DNA from: a virus
Taxonomy: Duplodnaviria; Caudoviricetes
Virus record (IMG/VR): IMGVR_UViG_3300042890_002964
Span: 1 to 29,348 of that record
Length of the DNA stretch: 29,348 bases
Direction: 5' to 3' (one strand)
The position numbers were made by a program, and so were the translations under genes. The notes beneath the pieces are model-generated. The model was not told the DNA's origin. It did no database searches and saw nothing but the letters and a program-made list of their open reading frames with translations. This document shows positions 25,388 to 29,348 of the stretch, one piece after another. Each line of letters opens with the position of its first letter. Position 1 is the stretch's first letter.

Positions 25388-28300
25388 TTATACAAATTGT
25401 ACGAATCCTCCAGCTGCGATTCCACCAGTTCTAGTAACAGTAACTCTATTAATGAATTTCTGAATTCCTCTAGCAGGTTCGATTATAACGTCAATTATAC
25501 CCATATTCATATCGATGATTGCCGGAGTGTTGTTTGATGCATCCATTATAGTTTGGTAAGCATAAATACCACCACCTGCTCTAACACCATCAAGGTAATT
25601 ATCAACTAATGTTTTAATTTCAAGTCTTATTGAATCGTCATTGAAATCAAATAGGTAGTTAGCTAATATTTCTTGTACGTCGCTTTCTATACTGATTAAA
25701 AGATCTCTTACGTGAACTAGGTTGAAAGCTGAGTTAACTTGTTGGTAAGCCGTTTGGTTACCGAAGATAACTACACCAATACCTCTTCTCTTGATGATTG
25801 GGTTTATACCGAAAGGCTCTAAATTTCCTCTATCCTCATCGGTAAAGTCATATTCAACTCCTACGATATTTCCTCCACTAATAACTCCTCTTTTTTGACC
25901 TGCGATAATTGCATAAGGTTCACCGTTTGCGAATTTTCTAAGGAAGTTATTAGAAACGTATGCTGCTGGTGGAACTTCCACATTTCTATTTGATTCTCTT
26001 ACAGTAATGAAAGGGGAATAGAAACCACAGAATTTAGATCCATCATCTTCGGTAGGTAAACTGAAAGTATATGTAGGATTAAGCGATAAATTCCCACCGT
26101 CCGCGATATAAGCAGTATTTAATTTCGGATATGGATTTGCTGCTGTTGGAGCATCAGTAAATCTAGGATCCGTGCTAGCTCTAAATTGTGCCATCGAAGG
26201 GGCATTTATAATAGCAAGAGCTTGTTGTCTTAATTTAGCAAGATTACTAAGTTGGTATTTAGAGTTAGGTAGAATCTGTCCAGCGAAAGTATCTACGATG
26301 TATCTAAATGATATAACGTCTTTAGAAGCTAATGTTTTAGCTATATTAGTGTCATACATAACATCAAGAATATCGCTAATTCTAGCATCACTACCGTTAG
26401 GTCTATGTGAATCCGTCATTGTGAATCCACTTAAATATGTGAAATCAAACGATCTCGTAAATTGAGATATTGATTGGAATTTTTGAATTCTAAGTCCAAC
26501 ACCTGCAGTATAATAAAGAGCTGGTCTTGCTACTTTTACTCTATATGTTCCAAGAGTTGTTGTCGTAGCAACCGAAGTAACCTTAGCTAATCTGCTTTGT
26601 CTGTTACCTGTTACTGGCTCACATATATCAAGGTCAGTAGAAACTACCAAATCTCCCACAGATAGCGGAACATTACCTGAACTATCTTGAGTTATCAAGA
26701 ATGTCGTAACGTCTATTCTAGTACAGTCGATGAATTGGTTAATGGATCCTTCCTGTGAAATTATATCAAATGCTTGTGCACTTACAGGAAGACCTGCATT
26801 ATCAGAAGCATAAGTAGCACCAAATGCAGGAACATTTACTATAGTTGCATCGTCTCTATCAACATTACTGAATGTTCTAAGGTATGTCATGTCAAATTGA
26901 TCCTTATCCACAGTAGTTTCAAATCCTAGATAGCTAAGATTAGTACCTGCAGAGTTTCTCCAAACCAAGTCACCATCCGCAATTCTTGCATATTTATGAT
27001 CCTGGAATAATGGTGAAGCATTATATCCAACTAGCACATTAGAAACTCCAAGAGGAGCACCAGGTCCAGTAACACCATCAGGTGTAGCTACACTAATAAT
27101 ATCAGTATAATCAGAGTTACCAAATTGATAAGCACCTGTATAGAATGGTTTATTACTTCCAGATGCACCAGTATTATATGATGTTAAGTTATATGTAGGG
27201 CTAACCGTTATACCTTGCCCTCTATAGAAAGCGTTATCGAGAGGGTGGGTAAAGAATATTCTTAATTCTCCCGAAACCTCTTTAGTTCCAGTAACCTTCA
27301 ATTTAACAAGAGAAGCTTCAGAGAATTGATTTAGTAATGCTCCGGTTAAACCCCCTGTATATCCAGAAACTACACCAAGTATAAATTTCTCATCGTTAGA
27401 TGATGTAACAGATACAAAGCTTTTCAAAGATTCTTTTTGTATAGAGTTATTGAATCCACCAGTAGCACCGGTTAGTCCAGATGTTTGTAAATAATGTAAT
27501 CCCCCATCGAATGCATTAGGATTATAAGCCGCAAAAGAACTGTTTATTACACCAGCAGTAACACCAGATTCAGTAAGTGTGAAAAGAGTACCAACATTAA
27601 CACCGGTAGCATAAACTGTAGCACCAGTAGCGCTAACAAATCCAGTTGCCCCAGTTACACCAACAACATTTTGTGAGTATAAGTAGTCAGCAACTAGTAC
27701 CTGATCATAACTTAAGAAATTAATTCTAGGGGTTGCAAGGTCTCTATCGCCAGTTAATTCATCAATTAAGTGATTACCAACTAAATCTATTTTAGAAGGG
27801 TTATTACAAATAGAATCGAATGCAACTTCATCAATCGCACAAAATAAACCGCTTGAAGGCGTGTTATTATTAACTAGTGTTTGTATGTATTGATTAATTC
27901 CGTTAAGATCAACAAAGTCGGGTATAATACATCCGGTAACAGAAGTAACTATAGAAACATTAGGTTCCGCAAGGAATGCATCTATTTTACTTTTAACAAA
28001 TCCATTATTAGTAAAATATCCTCTTCCCGTTCCTCCGAATCTTGGATCTTGGTATCCCCAATATGGATCCAATGCTAAGGCCTGGTAATTTGTCCAGTTT
28101 CCATAAACCGCAATTACATCAATAAAGTAATCAGAGATGTAATCGTAAGGGTGCATAAAAGTAGGTACATTATTAGCTCCATACCAATCTATTGCGAATA
28201 TATCATACCCTTTAAGAGGTTTAGAAGAATCCGTAGATTTCCTAGTTATGATACTCATTGGTGATTTACCTAGATTAGTAAGACTGAATAATTTCCCTTG

Positions 28301-28768
28301 ATCAACAACACTTAATGTTGCAAGGAAGTAATTAGGGTCTGCAAACCAAAATCTCTCCTTATTATAATAAGATGAGTAAAGTCTGTTTGTTACAACACCA
28401 TTAGATTCCTCTGTATCAACAGAGTATGCTTGATATGTGACCTTATCTGGATTTGCGGTTGCCTCGTCGTCATTTAATCTTAAAAGATTCAATGCAAAAA
28501 CCGGACCTGTATTTAAACAAGTTAGTATCGATCTCTGAAAGAAAGAACCTTTATTTTCTAGTGATCTGTCTACGTCACCAAAAATAGATATTAGTGTTGT
28601 TACGTCAGGAATATAAACCGGTGTATTGAAAGGTCCCTTATTAGAGAATCCAACCACCAATCTAATAGTTTGTGATGTTAGAATCACATTTTGTGATGCG
28701 TCGAATTCCAACGTATAAACTCCAGACGCTCTAAACTGCGAGTAGTCTATTTTTACCTTATTTGCCAT
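25388..28768 (-). CDS. Contractile tail sheath protein (gp18-like), 1126 aa
   Basis: SGVYTLEFD and VVGFSNKGPFNTPV at the N-terminus; INPII, GNQT, VRDLL, FDFND and NNTP in the C-terminal domain. Confidence 0.93.
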   Translation of the reverse strand: MANKVKIDYSQFRASGVYTLEFDASQNVILTSQTIRLVVGFSNKGPFNTPVYIPDVTTLISIFGDVDRSLENKGSFFQRSILTCLNTGPVFALNLLRLNDDEATANPDKVTYQAYSVDTEESNGVVTNRLYSSYYNKERFWFADPNYFLATLSVVDQGKLFSLTNLGKSPMSIITRKSTDSSKPLKGYDIFAIDWYGANNVPTFMHPYDYISDYFIDVIAVYGNWTNYQALALDPYWGYQDPRFGGTGRGYFTNNGFVKSKIDAFLAEPNVSIVTSVTGCIIPDFVDLNGINQYIQTLVNNNTPSSGLFCAIDEVAFDSICNNPSKIDLVGNHLIDELTGDRDLATPRINFLSYDQVLVADYLYSQNVVGVTGATGFVSATGATVYATGVNVGTLFTLTESGVTAGVINSSFAAYNPNAFDGGLHYLQTSGLTGATGGFNNSIQKESLKSFVSVTSSNDEKFILGVVSGYTGGLTGALLNQFSEASLVKLKVTGTKEVSGELRIFFTHPLDNAFYRGQGITVSPTYNLTSYNTGASGSNKPFYTGAYQFGNSDYTDIISVATPDGVTGPGAPLGVSNVLVGYNASPLFQDHKYARIADGDLVWRNSAGTNLSYLGFETTVDKDQFDMTYLRTFSNVDRDDATIVNVPAFGATYASDNAGLPVSAQAFDIISQEGSINQFIDCTRIDVTTFLITQDSSGNVPLSVGDLVVSTDLDICEPVTGNRQSRLAKVTSVATTTTLGTYRVKVARPALYYTAGVGLRIQKFQSISQFTRSFDFTYLSGFTMTDSHRPNGSDARISDILDVMYDTNIAKTLASKDVISFRYIVDTFAGQILPNSKYQLSNLAKLRQQALAIINAPSMAQFRASTDPRFTDAPTAANPYPKLNTAYIADGGNLSLNPTYTFSLPTEDDGSKFCGFYSPFITVRESNRNVEVPPAAYVSNNFLRKFANGEPYAIIAGQKRGVISGGNIVGVEYDFTDEDRGNLEPFGINPIIKRRGIGVVIFGNQTAYQQVNSAFNLVHVRDLLISIESDVQEILANYLFDFNDDSIRLEIKTLVDNYLDGVRAGGGIYAYQTIMDASNNTPAIIDMNMGIIDVIIEPARGIQKFINRVTVTRTGGIAAGGFVQFV

Positions 28769-28797
28769 TATTTTTCAAGATATTTTTGCTTCTAGAC

Positions 28798-28805
28798 TAT
28801 ATATC
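28798..28805 (-). promoter_or_regulatory. Putative late promoter GATATATA upstream of the sheath gene
   Basis: Exact motif 29 nt before the ATG. Confidence 0.65.
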
Positions 28806-28851
28806 AAAAAAGAATTAAGAATTATTGAAGAGGATTATTAAAAATGATGCG

Positions 28852-29348
28852 TTACATTAGTTTATTGAAATCCCCGTAGCTTTTACCGTCCTTGGTAACG
28901 GGTCCTCTCGAATCTTCATCTAGGCTCTGCCCGCCTTCCAGCTTCCTGATTATAGCATTCTTATAAGTACTGTCCTCGAGCTCATCGAAAACATCCCCCA
29001 CTATCTGATTAAAGTCATATCCATCAAATAATCCCGGGAGATTGACCAGAGTCATAGCAACATCGTCGTGCCCGCTCTGACTCGAGTACGTACCTCTATT
29101 ATTTAAACCGAAAGTAAAAAGTTCGGGAACTGTCCATTTCTTTTCGTTAATTAGTATACGATCACCCTTTATGAGACTTCTCAGCATCTCACAATATTTC
29201 ATTTTATTCTTTTCGTTGTATTTTATACCAGCTTTTAATACTCTTGCGCTCTCCGTATGTTTAGTAAATAAGAACATCTCATCAAAGAAATCGTCCCTCT
29301 GCATAAGTTTATCATATAGAAGCTCACCTTTGAAATTCATCTCCAGTG
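28852..29348 (-). CDS. Large terminase (gp17-like), C-terminal nuclease part, truncated by the window edge
   Basis: ELFTF...GTYSSQSGHDDVAM motif; upstream of the sheath as in T4-like phages. Confidence 0.8.
   Translation of the reverse strand, partial: LEMNFKGELLYDKLMQRDDFFDEMFLFTKHTESARVLKAGIKYNEKNKMKYCEMLRSLIKGDRILINEKKWTVPELFTFGLNNRGTYSSQSGHDDVAMTLVNLPGLFDGYDFNQIVGDVFDELEDSTYKNAIIRKLEGGQSLDEDSRGPVTKDGKSYGDFNKLM

Noticed and set aside
447-28078. All short plus-strand ORFs in the track
   Set aside because: They are antisense shadows of well-supported minus-strand genes and have no recognisable motifs
25388-28768. Intein or intron explaining the sheath length
   Set aside because: Continuous ORF with no evident intein splice-junction or homing endonuclease motifs
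1-29348. Stop-codon reassignment, tRNA genes and mobile elements
   Set aside because: Genes are full length in the standard code with TAA, TAG and TGA all used as stops; intergenic gaps are short, with no cloverleaf or transposase seen

Overview
A 29.3 kb, AT-rich segment of a large T4-like (probably jumbo) myophage, with every credible gene on the minus strand. In transcription order it holds the end of the large terminase, a giant tail sheath, two tail tubes, gp26-like and gp51-like ORFs and a short tape-measure-like gene. These are followed by dCMP deaminase, an ECF sigma factor, a PD-(D/E)XK nuclease, membrane proteins, a paralogue pair, a 793-aa probable head protein and a gp55-like late sigma. 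The last block is gp4, gp2, two portals, an HldE/RfaE heptose kinase, DNA ligase, clamp loader, guanylate kinase, RNase H, a degenerate UvsE and a DEDD exonuclease. TAnnTTTG promoters point to a Bacteroidota host. The main observations are: (1) two candidate recoding sites, a -1 shift at A_AAA_AAC-stop adding 54 aa to the 793-aa protein and a -2 shift at CU_CUU_UUC fusing the gp26-like and gp51-like ORFs; (2) three promoter classes whose positions suggest a host sigma -> phage ECF sigma -> gp55 cascade; (3) tandem divergent portals with the same C-terminus; (4) an intact but apparently catalytically dead UvsE. All family assignments come from motif recognition by eye, not database searches.
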